A stretch of DNA of 62,968 bases, filler included, from Thraustochytrium aureum (Eukaryota), in the NCBI GenBank assembly GCA_012862495.1. It is 4 parts of 4 records of this genome, joined end to end, with 100 filler letters (N's around TTAATTAATTAA, not from the genome) between each part and the next. Parts side by side here need not be neighbours in the genome. Positions count along the whole stretch, not along the records: positions 1 to 17,834 come from BLSG01000056.1; positions 17,935 to 47,265 come from BLSG01000057.1; 2 more parts are not named here. One strand, written 5' to 3'. The position numbers and the translations under genes were made by a program. Under the pieces are notes generated by a model. That model saw only the letters and a program-made list of their open reading frames with translations, had not been told where the DNA came from and did no database searches. Shown here in pieces: positions 9,777-19,376 of the stretch; the stretch's first letter is position 1, and each line of letters starts with the position of its first letter.

Positions 9777-12645
9777 ATGGAGGCGTCCATGGTTGACCCG
9801 CAACCGGTGCTGGCCGTCGGCACGCGGCTGACGACGGCAGCCATGTTTTCGTCGCCAGGACCCAGGCGAAAGTTTTCCGAGGCGGGACTTAGTGTCTCCC
9901 CGTTTGTATCGTTTGACACGACGCGGATCGGGAAAAGGANNNNNNNNNNNNNNNNNNNNNNNNNNNNNNNNNNNNNNNNNNNNNNNNNNNNNNNNNNNNN
10001 NNNNNNNNNNNNNNNNNNNNNNNNNNNNNNNNNNNNNNNNNNNNNNNNNNNNNNNNNNNNNNNNNNNNNNNNNNNNNNNNNNNNNNNNNNNNNNNNNNNN
10101 NNNNNNNNNNNNNNNNNNNNNNNNNNNNNNNNNNNNNNNNNNNNNNNNNNNNNNNNNNNNNNNNNNNNNNNNNNNNNNNNNNNNNNNNNNNNNNNNNNNN
10201 NNNNNNNNNNNNNNNNNNNNNNNNNNNNNNNNNNNNNNNNNNNNNNNNNNNNNNNNNNNNNNNNNNNNNNNNNNNNNNNNNNNNNNNNNNNNNNNNNNNN
10301 NNNNNNNNNNNNNNNNNNNNNNNNNNNNNNNNNNNNNNNNNNNNNNNNNNNNNNNNNNNNNNNNNNNNNNNNNNNNNNNNNNNNNNNNNNNNNNNNNNNN
10401 NNNNNNNNNNNNNNNNNNNNNNNNNNNNNNNNNNNNNNNNNNNNNNNNNNNNNNNNNNNNNNNNNNNNNNNGTCTTCTACAAAGTGTTTTCGACTTTGAC
10501 CCTGCCTCGGTCGAGTGGAGCGCGGCCTTCCCGGCGATCATCCCAACGTTTTTCGCCATGTTTGCCGTGGTGGCCTTGGATCCTCGCTGGACGTGGCGGC
10601 GGTCCAGTTTGAGCTTGGCAAGCCGATGGACTACGACCAGGAGCTGGTCACGGTTGGGTTGTCCAATGTAAGTTGTTCGCCCTCGCTCGCGGACGGCCCA
10701 GGCGCGCGCTTGCGTGCTTTGGTCGCGGTGGCTGCCCTGGGATCGCCCGCGGTCGCTGACAGGCGTTGCTCGCTCTTTCCCGCAGACTCTGAGCGGGTTG
10801 ACAGGGGGATACACCGGGAGCTACATCTTTTCGCAGACGATTTTCACACTGCGGAACGGCATACGGTCCCGTCTCTGTGGCTTTGTCGTCGCCGTCGTCG
10901 AGCTCGCCTTGTTCTTCCTGCCCATAGACCTCTTGAGCATTCTCCCTCGGTTTTTCTTCGGGTCGGTGCTCCTGTTTGTCTCTATCGATCTGATCCTCGA
11001 GTGGCTCGTGCACTCGTACTTTAACCTGGCCCTGAACGAGTACGCCCTCGTTTGGCTCACCTTTGTGCTGATCAACCTGTTTGGCCTCGAGGTGGGCATG
11101 ACGCTCGGCGTGGTGTGCAGTGCGCTTCAGTTTGTTTACAGCTACAGTTCGTCCGCGCAGCTGGAAGTGATCTCGACGACATCGAGCCGCGCGGTGCGCT
11201 CGTACTTTGACCGCAAAATCCTCGCCAAGTACCGAAACCGCGTCGTCGCGCTGCGCCTCAACGGGTACCACTTTTTCGGCACTGTGATTAGCACCATTGT
11301 CGACATTCAGTCGCACGTCGTGATCGTCAAGGAGCCCGAGTCGACCCCGAGCCCGGCAACGCGTGCGGCGCGCGCAAACGACGCCGGCATGCGGCTCGCG
11401 TACGAACGCGCACAACAACTCGCTAGAGAGATCGGCGACGACTCGCCGCATGCACGGTCCGTCGCAGACTTGAGCCCAGGTTCGGCGGCCAGCAGCTCGC
11501 GGCCGTCCGCTCGTCGAGCGGCAGCGATAACAAGGGCAAGCCGTTCGATGAGCATGGGGAGCGGCGACCTTGTTGCGGGTCGCGAGTCGGCCGGAGCCGC
11601 GGGAGGGAGCAGCTCCCCGGGCAGCACCGGGCTCGGCGCCGGGTCCTCCACGAGTGGATCTCCGCGGCGCGGCCGCAAACGGCTTGGGCATCTCTACGAG
11701 GCGCCGACGGCCCGGGTATCGAGCAGACGGCCAGAGGGCGGGAGCTGGCTCCCTGCGTGGTTGCGAGGCGCTGGCGCGGCACGTCGCATAGAGGACCTGA
11801 GCTCGCACTCCGTTGCGTCTGCCGACTCCCAAGCCGGGTCGGGTGCTGTCGCGCGGAGCACAGGCGACGGGAGTGAGCTCACAGAGACACACTTTGTCGT
11901 TCTCGACATGTCCAACGTGTCTGCGGTAGACGCCACCGCCGCGAGGGCCTGTTTCCTCACTGTGCTTCAGAGCTTGAACAACCACAATGTGCGCCTCGTG
12001 CTGGCGGGCACAACTGCGCCGATCAAAAAGGTGCTGTGTGCGAATGGGGTGCTCGCTCCAAGCGAAAGCGCAGAGTCACTCGACGCAAGCGCGCCTGACG
12101 CCTATGTCCGGCTGGAAGAGCAGGGAGCCACTCCTCGGCGTGCCGTGGACGGTGGAATCGAGGGGGATGGCGACCACGAGCATGACTTTGCACTGTCGTT
12201 CGAGACGCTCGACGAGGCGCTGCAGTTCTGCGAGGAGGCGGTGCTTGGCGCCGTTGTGCACGCCGACGCGGCGCACCCGGTTCGCCACGGATTCTTCCAC
12301 AGCAAAGCGCTGGTCGCAGTGCGGGACAAGTATTTTGAGGAGAGGCTCGCGCGAAAGGGCGAAGTGGTCTTTTCGAGAGGCAAGCCTGCCGGCAGTTTGT
12401 ACGTGGTCGAGTCGGGCCGTGTGGACCGAATCGACACGATGCGCCAGTTTTCCGGAGGGAGCATCTTCGGCATCGACGACTTTTTTCAGGACGGAGAGTA
12501 CAGCTACACGGCCAAGACCGCGAGCTCGTCGCGCCTGTTCTGCCTCACTTCCGAGCGCCTGGAGCGCCTCCAGGAGGACGAGCCGCAACTCGCGCTCGCT
12601 TTGCACCGCGCGCTTATCAAGCACATGGTGCGCTTAGGGCAGTGA
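9777..12645 (+). CDS. SulP/SLC26 transporter with split STAS domain and C-terminal cyclic-nucleotide-binding domain (Vsb1-like architecture); gap, one intron, frameshift near 10577
   Basis: VVAFGSSLDVAA, DYDQELVTVGLSN|TLSGLTGGYTGSYIFSQT, RLNGYHFFGT, VVLDMSNVSAVDATA, FETLDEALQFCE, GEVVFSRG..SLYVVESGRV..GSIFG. Confidence 0.88.
10668..10785 (+). other. Spliceosomal intron (118 nt) in the SulP gene
   Basis: GTAAGT donor, GCTGAC branch at 10755, polypyrimidine tract and CGCAG acceptor; splicing restores the LSN-TLSG motif. Confidence 0.9.
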
Positions 12646-13111
12646 GTGAGGCCATAGCAGTGCAAGCCGAGCCCTCGCCTCAGCAGGCAACTCGGCTCTC
12701 AGGGCAGGGGAAGGGGGNNNNNNNNNNNNNNNNNNNNNNNNNNNNNNNNNNNNNNNNNNNNNNNNNNNNNNNNNNNNNNNNNNNNNNNNNNNNNNNNNNN
12801 NNNNNNNNNNNNNNNNNNNNNNNNNNNNNNNNNNNNNNNNNNNNNNNNNNNNNNNNNNNNNNNNNNNNNNNNNNNNNNNNNNNNNNNNNNNNNNNNNNNN
12901 NNNNNNNNNNNNNNNNNNNNNNNNNNNNNNNNNTGGTGGGGGGAGAAAAAAAAGCGGGCGCAGGTCAGTTGTATAGTTGTTTTCCCCTGCGAAGGCGCGA
13001 CGGCGTCTAAAAACAATGCGCTTCCGCACCGGCATGCTTGGGGGCCTTTGGATAGCGAACACTTGCTGTGTGGCCCCAGGCCCTGCGGGCCGGGGCATCA
13101 CCACCCCAGAC

Positions 13112-14198
13112 TCAGCTGCTCTTGCTGGCGGCGGCTTGCAGGTCGGCCAACTTTTGAAGAGCTTGCACCGGGGTCGTGTTTGTAACGTCGATCTTGAGCT
13201 CGGCAAGCACTGCGAGCGCTTCCATGGGCGTCATGTTGCTGATGTCCAGGCCCCGCACACGCTCCTCGGTCGCGGCGACGCTGGGGCCATGCGAGACGTA
13301 TGCGGCCGCGGCCGCGGCCAGGTCGGGCTCCACCTCGGCCCACTTGGCCGCATCGAGCTTGCTGATCACGTCGCGGACCAAAGTCTCGATCTGTGTGGAG
13401 CGATCGGCCACTGTCTCGAGTACCTCTTCGTGCGAGGCGGCGGGCCCGGTGTCCCCGGGGGAAGCGGACCTGGTTGGTGATGAGCGAGAGGCCAAGGACC
13501 TGCATGCCGCAGTGGCGCGCAACGACGACCTCCGGGATGGTGCTCATCCCGACAGAGTCGCCACCCCACTGCAAGATCATGCGGCACTCGGCGGCGGACT
13601 CGTACGTGGGGCCGCTCACGAAAACGTAGGTGCCTTGGCGGCGCACGAAGCTGCCCATGTCGAGCTGCTCCGCGGTCTCGTACACCAGCTGCTGCAGTGC
13701 AGGCGAGTAGGCGTCGGACATCGGGATGAACCGTGCCCCGCCAAACGTGTCGTCGTTGGGACCCACAAGCGGGTGCTTGCCAGCGAGGAGGGGGAGGGCG
13801 ATGTGGTCGGAGATGATCATCAGGTCGCCAACGTTAAAGCTGCGGTTCACGCCGCCGGCAGCGTTGGTGACAATGAGGATCTCCACGCCGAGGCTGCGAA
13901 ACAGGCGCACGGGGTCGGTCACACGCTTCATATCGTGGCCCTCGTACGAGTGGAAGCGCCCGCGCATGCAGACCACGCTCACCGAGCCCACCGTGCCGAA
14001 CACGAGTTCGCCGGTGTGCCCGGCGACAGTCGTGCTGGGAAAGTGCGGGATCTCCTCGTACTTGACCACAGTCCTGTTATCCAGGCAGTTGACCAATCCG
14101 CTCAGCCCCGACCCGCAGATCACGGCCACGCGCGGCTTCGCGCCGCCAGTCTTGGCGTTGCATGCCTCCACGGCCTCCGAAAGCTGGCTGGGCTCCAT
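13112..14198 (-). CDS. PNP: Purine nucleoside phosphorylase (trimeric PNP-I type) with C-terminal extension; +1 frameshift at homopolymer near 13460
   Basis: VICGSGL, IPHFPSTTVAGHTG, GRFHSYEG, TNAAGG, GPTYESAAE, VGMSTIPEV, SLITN; SHEEVL follows in the shifted frame. Confidence 0.93.
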
Positions 14199-14465
14199 TC
14201 TCTTCCGGACACCCGAACGTTAGATACGTCACGCAACACACCACGCGCCGCAGCCGCAGCCTGACGCGGGAGCTAACCAATCACCCGACCCCTGCTGTCC
14301 CAACTGCTGTGCTGCTCGCTGTTGCTGCTGCTCTGCTGCTCGCCTCGGGCTGCTCTGGCGCGTTGGGTGTCTGTTCGCTCTGGACTGCTGCTCTGCCACC
14401 CGCTCTCTCTCGCGCGCTCACGAATGAGGCAGGGCGAACGCGCAAGCCGTGAACCGCCCGTACCT

Positions 14466-14740
14466 CGTCACTCTCGCCCCTACATACTGCCAAAACCGCT
14501 CGACGCGTCACTGAGGTACCTCTCGTTTCGCACGACGTGGCGCGGGGGGGGAGAGAGCGGGTGCAAGGTTGGCCCGCGCGTCACGCGAGACCCACTGTCA
14601 CTCGGCGCTCTCGAGAGACGACGACACCGGGGGTGGCGCAATGACGGGCCGGCCCGCGGCAGTCACGCGCGCGTCATGCTGGACCCCCCAACGCCGTCAG
14701 GGATCGCGCAGAGCCCCGTGACAGGAGGGGTATCGTGACG
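14466..14740. promoter_or_regulatory. CGTCA/TGACG-rich divergent promoter region between PNP and TRM13
   Basis: CGTCA/TGACG at 14466, 14506, 14579, 14642, 14672, 14695 and 14736, plus extra GTCAC/GTGAC sites. Confidence 0.45.
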
Positions 14741-15116
14741 AGCCGGCGGCGGATCCCGGCGGGACAGAGAGCGAGTGGAGTTGGAGCGCGTCCAGGCCCA
14801 ACACGCGGCTGGGAAGGAAGCGCCTGCTGAGCAGCAAGCCGCCTTGAGTCGAGAAGGAGCTCGCGTCTACGCAGGTAGTGAGTTCTCTTGCCCCTGCAAC
14901 TTGACTCGTTCACTCGCTCGCGTCCAGTTCGTCGCCCTCACCTCCCTCCCTCCGTGCGTGCGGGGTGTGGGAGTTCTCGACTCCTCGCACGCGTTCAGGT
15001 CAAACGGGTGGCGCCTGGCTGGCCTGGGCCCAAGTCGGATCCTCCTTGCTGGGCCAGCCTGCTCGGGGCGCTGGGTGCGGCTGAGCCAAGGAGCCGGACG
15101 GCGTGCGGCCGGCGCA

Positions 15117-16169
15117 ATGGGCCACGTCGACGAGTCTGCGAGAAAAAGGCAGCGCGTGGAAGGCGAGCGGGCCGAGGACGCCGCTGCTGCTGCTGCTGCG
15201 AACGGCGACGAAGGCGTCAACGACGAGCAAGGCAGGCCAGTGCCCAAGCCCGGGCGCTGCCAGACGTTCGTGAAGCGCAAGAATAGGTTTTGCACGCACT
15301 GGGCGGCGGAGGGCGGCACGCTGTGCCACCAACACAAGCCGGCCAGCGACAAGTACGGCAAGCGCGTGCCGTGCCCTGTGGACCCGAGCCACACCGTCTT
15401 CGAGTCGCGGCTCGCCAAGCACTTGTCCAAGTGCTCCGCCGTGCAAGCGCGCAACACTGGCAGGGGCAGCCCTACTATAGCAAGGGGATCAACGCGGCCG
15501 CACCAGTAGCTGAAGCGTCAGGTCTTGCACAAGGCGCAGTTGGGTCTGCGGGCGGCGCGGAAGCCGCTGAAGCCGCGCCAGCGTCGCGGCTGTTCGAGTT
15601 TGGCTACGCAGAGCAGGATGCGCTGATTGCCCGGCTGGACGGCCTGCTGGAGCGCGCCGGTGCCGTGGACGACGGGACCAACCCAGCCAACAAGGGCCTC
15701 GCCGAGCTCCTGATTCACGACTTGGAGCCGGCCGGGGCTGGGGGCAAGATCCCGAGGGGGCCCGTGGCCGCTGCGCGCGGGGCCGCGCGGCACCGTGCAC
15801 AGGAGGACTCGCTAATCGAGAACACGCTCGGGGCCCTCGGTCTCGAGTCGTTCCCCGAGGGCACCTGTGTGGTAGAAATGGGCGCGGGCCGAGGCGGAGT
15901 CTCGCAGCGGCTGTGCGATGCGATCCCGGCAGACCGCGAGGCGCTTTTCGTTTTGGTCGACCGAGCCACAGCGCGGAACAATCGTGCCGCTGCGATCCGC
16001 ATGCACCCCAAGCGCCGCGTGACCTCGCTCCGGATCGACATTCGCGACCTAGACCTCTGGAAGGTGCCACTGGTTAGGGCTTTCGTTGAGCGCCGCGAGC
16101 GCACGGGGGCGCCGCTGGCGATGGTCTCCAAACACTTGTGTGGCGATGCCACCTGCTACACGCTTCGGT
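15117..16169 (+). CDS. TRM13: tRNA:m4X 2'-O-methyltransferase TRM13, 3' end in gap, frameshift near 15455
   Basis: CQTFVKRKNRFC...LCHQH CCCH finger, RVPCPVDPSHTV...KHLSKC CHHC finger, VEMGAGRG, LVDR, LRIDIRDL, SKHLCGDAT. Confidence 0.92.
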
Positions 16170-17063
16170 NNNNNNNNNNNNNNNNNNNNNNNNNNNNNNN
16201 NNNNNNNNNNNNNNNNNNNNNNNNNNNNNNNNNNNNNNNNNNNNNNNNNNNNNNNNNNNNNNNNNNNNNNNNNNNNNNNNNNNNNNNNNNNNNNNNNNNN
16301 NNNNNNNNNNNNNNNNNNNNNNNNNNNNNNNNNNNNNNNNNNNNNNNNNNNNNNNNNNNNNNNNNNNNNNNNNNNNNNNNNNNNNNNNNNNNNNNNNNNN
16401 NNNNNNNNNNNNNNNNNNNNNNNNNNNNNNNNNNNNNNNNNNNNNNNNNNNNNNNNNNNNNNNNNNNNNNNNNNNNNNNNNNNNNNNNNNNNNNNNNNNN
16501 NNNNNNNNNNNNNNNNNNNNNNNNNNNNNNNNNNNNNNNNNNNNNNNNNNNNNNNNNNNNNNNNNNNNNNNNNNNNNNNNNNNNNNNNNNNNNNNNNNNN
16601 NNNNNNNNNNNNNNNNNNNNNNNNNNNNNNNNNNNNNNNNNNNNNNNNNNNNNNNNNNNNNNNNNNNNNNNNNNNNNNNNNNNNNNNNNNNNNNNNNNNN
16701 NNNNNNNNNNNNNNNNNNNNNNNNNNNNNNNNNNNNNNNNNNNNNNNNNNNNNNNNNNNNNNNNNNNNNNNNNNNNNNNNNNNNNNNNNNNNNNNNNNNN
16801 NNNNNNNNNNNNNNNNNNNNNNNNNNNNNNNNNNNNNNNNNNNNNNNNNNNNNNNNNNNNNNNNNNNNNNNNNNNNNNNNNNNNNNNNNNNNNNNNNNNN
16901 NNNNNNNNNNNNNNNNNNNNNNNNNNNNNNNNNNNNNNNNNNNNNNNNNNNNNNNNNNNNNNNNNNNNNNNNNNNNNNNNNNNNNNNNNNNNNNNNNNNN
17001 NNNNNNNNNNNNNNNNNNNNNNNNNNNNNNNNNNNNNNNNNNNNNNNNNNNNNNNNNNNNNNN

Positions 17064-17714
17064 GAACATGTAGAACAGCTTGCCAGGCACCGACGACATG
17101 AGGCGCGCCTCCAGCTCGGTGGGCAGGTCGGTGTCAATCCCGTCCGTGCCCTGGAACTTGTGGTGCTCGTTGTGGTAGTCCTTGAACGCGATAAAGTACG
17201 GCACCAGCATGGGCGTGTTGGTCAGGATCCCGAAGAGCTTGTTGGCGCGTTGCGAGCGGAACGCCAGGTTGTGCGAGATCTCGTGGTTGGCGAGGAACAG
17301 GATCTGCGCCAGCGTGCCCCCGAAGACGTACGCGAAGACCCAAAACTTGAGCGAGCCCGCCTCCGCGCGGAGGTAGTACCCGATGCCGATTTGGATGGCC
17401 AGCATGACCAGGACGATCGGCACGGTGCGCCACTCGGGCCCGGTCAGCTTTTGGATCTCCTTGCCCATCTCCTGCATCATCAGCTTGCGCCGGATCGCGT
17501 GCGGCTCGTCGCTCAGCGTCCAGATAAAGTCCTGGAGGTCCTCCTGGCGCTTGAGCCCGTGGTCTCCGGTGAAGATGTCATACTCCTTGGCGTCCTGCCT
17601 GGGCTTGGGCGCCTCCTTGTTGAACAAGTGCCCGTTCCTCTCCACCTTGGGCACGTCTTTGGCGCTGCTCGCGAGCGTCGCGCCGCTCGCCGCCTTGCCA
17701 ACCGCTGGCGCCAT
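17064..17714 (-). CDS. DEGS1: Sphingolipid delta(4)-desaturase DES1, 3' part in gap
   Basis: DFIWTLSDEPHAIRRK (Lipid_DES), His boxes HEISHNLAF and YHNEHHKFQG, DTDLPT. Confidence 0.93.
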
Positions 17715-17834
17715 CCCGCTCGCCAAGCCCCAGACGCGCGCCCTGCCAACCCGCCTTCCGCGAGCGAGACCGTTCCTGCCGCAGCTCCTCTCGCGCGAGC
17801 GGCGTCGTTCGCGTGCCGTTTGGCGCTCTGCCTG

Positions 17835-17934
17835 NNNNNNNNNNNNNNNNNNNNNNNNNNNNNNNNNNNNNNNNNNNNTTAATTAATTAANNNNNNNNNN
17901 NNNNNNNNNNNNNNNNNNNNNNNNNNNNNNNNNN
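17835..17934. other. Artificial scaffold linker N44-TTAATTAATTAA-N44
   Basis: 12-mer at 17879-17890 with stops in all six frames; an identical 100-bp construct occurs three times in the window. Confidence 0.97.
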
Positions 17935-17965
17935 TTTTGGTTTTGGTTTTGGTCCAACTTTTGGA

Positions 17966-19267
17966 ATGCAGAAGCGTTACTCGAGTACTTTGTGGGCAGA
18001 AGGAGTCGGGATGGGGCTGGAGACGAGCGCCTGGGCGTTGGTGGCATGCGCGAGCCTGTCGGCCTGGGCGCCGCTGGCGCTGCTGGAAACGAAGGCCCTG
18101 CGCTGGGTGAAGGATGAGCCGTTTTGGCTGGGCGCGTTTGGCGCTGCCCTTATCTGCGGTTTGTACTGGTGCGGCCGCTTGGCCGTCGCCAAGCTGGCCA
18201 AGACGAGGTCAGCGGTGGACACGGCCATGGCCGGCTTCTTCTTGATGACTTGCTGGTCCGCGACGATTGACACGTTCTTGGCGCTCTCGCTTGTGGGCAA
18301 GACCGAGCTTGGCTTGTTCTACCACTCGACGGGGGAGCCGTACTTCAAGACCGCTTGGGGTCTGGCCGCGCTGGCGTACGACGGGACCGCGCACTTGATG
18401 CTCCAGGGGACGGCCGCGGTCGCGCTCATTACGGGCGCAAATTTCCTCCCGGCGAGCCTCGTGTGGGCCGGCAGCATCATCAACTCGATGCCGGTGCTGC
18501 TCGTCGGCGCTGCGACAGGGCCTTTCTCGGCGCACATCAACCCTTCGACGGCGCTGAACGCACCGTATGTGCTGATCCCGATAGCAGTCGCTTGGCGCTG
18601 CTTTAGCGCCACCAGCCGCCACAAGGACCCGTGGCCCACGACCCCCAAGGCCTTGGAAGCCGCCCTCGTTTTCTTCCACCTTGTCGCCCTCGTGNNNNNN
18701 NNNNNNNNNNNNNNNNNNNNNNNNNNNNNNNNNNNNNNNNNNNNNNNNNNNNNNNNNNNNNNNNNNNNNNNNNNNNNNNNNNNNNNNNNNNNNNNNNNNN
18801 NNNNNNNNNNNNNNNNNNNNNNNNNNNNNNNNNNNNNNNNNNNNNNNNNNNNNNNNNNNNNAACTCTGGGCCGCGCGCGTCGAGCCTGTCTTGCTGGAGC
18901 CGACCGGGTTCGCAAGGGTGCAGGTCTTGGAAGACCTGTTTTACGTTGTGCCGTGGCACGCCGCGTCCGCCTTCGAGAGCGGGCTTCGCTTGGCCGAGCT
19001 CGCACCTCGCGGGGGCTCGTGACGCGCGAGACGTTTTGGCGCCTGGAGCTTGCGTTTGCTGGAGCCGCTCTCCAAGCGCAGACCTGCTGGCTGAGCATGG
19101 CGACGATCGAGTGGCACGACTTTTCTGTCCGAGTTGCGAGCGAGAGGTATTCAGTTCCGTCGATCGTGATTTGCCTGTGCATGGCCCTCGTCCCTGCTGC
19201 GCAGGCCTTCGTGCACGGCCCGGAACGGGCTCGACTCGCCGGAAAGGCGAATGCTAAGCGGGCGTAA
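17966..19267 (+). CDS. TM6SF-like double EXPERA-domain membrane protein (gap and frameshift inside)
   Basis: FYHSTGEPYFKTAWG..YDGTAH, WAGSIINSM, LNAPYVLIP and second repeat EPVLLEPTGFARVQVLEDLFYVVPW resemble TM6SF1/2. Confidence 0.78.
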   Translation: MQKRYSSTLWAEGVGMGLETSAWALVACASLSAWAPLALLETKALRWVKDEPFWLGAFGAALICGLYWCGRLAVAKLAKTRSAVDTAMAGFFLMTCWSATIDTFLALSLVGKTELGLFYHSTGEPYFKTAWGLAALAYDGTAHLMLQGTAAVALITGANFLPASLVWAGSIINSMPVLLVGAATGPFSAHINPSTALNAPYVLIPIAVAWRCFSATSRHKDPWPTTPKALEAALVFFHLVALVXXXXXXXXXXXXXXXXXXXXXXXXXXXXXXXXXXXXXXXXXXXXXXXXXXXXXXXXTLGRARRACLAGADRVRKGAGLGRPVLRCAVARRVRLRERASLGRARTSRGLVTRETFWRLELAFAGAALQAQTCWLSMATIEWHDFSVRVASERYSVPSIVICLCMALVPAAQAFVHGPERARLAGKANAKRA

Positions 19268-19376
19268 TCCGCTCGGCGACCCAGACGGGCAACTTTAAAA
19301 AAAACGAGGAGAGAGCTACATGGGAGTTGGTGTGCAGTAACAACTTGAAAGTTGGTTGGCCCTCGCGCACGTCACG

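Noticed and set aside
17879..17890. Palindromic TTAATTAATTAA inside N runs (also at 47310 and 58725)
   Set aside because: Identical six-frame-stop linker of fixed 100-bp geometry: an assembly artefact. Genes on opposite sides are not true neighbours.
17935..17952. (TTTTGG)3 at scaffold start as a telomere
   Set aside because: Only three units, the G-rich strand points inward, and it lies immediately before a gene.
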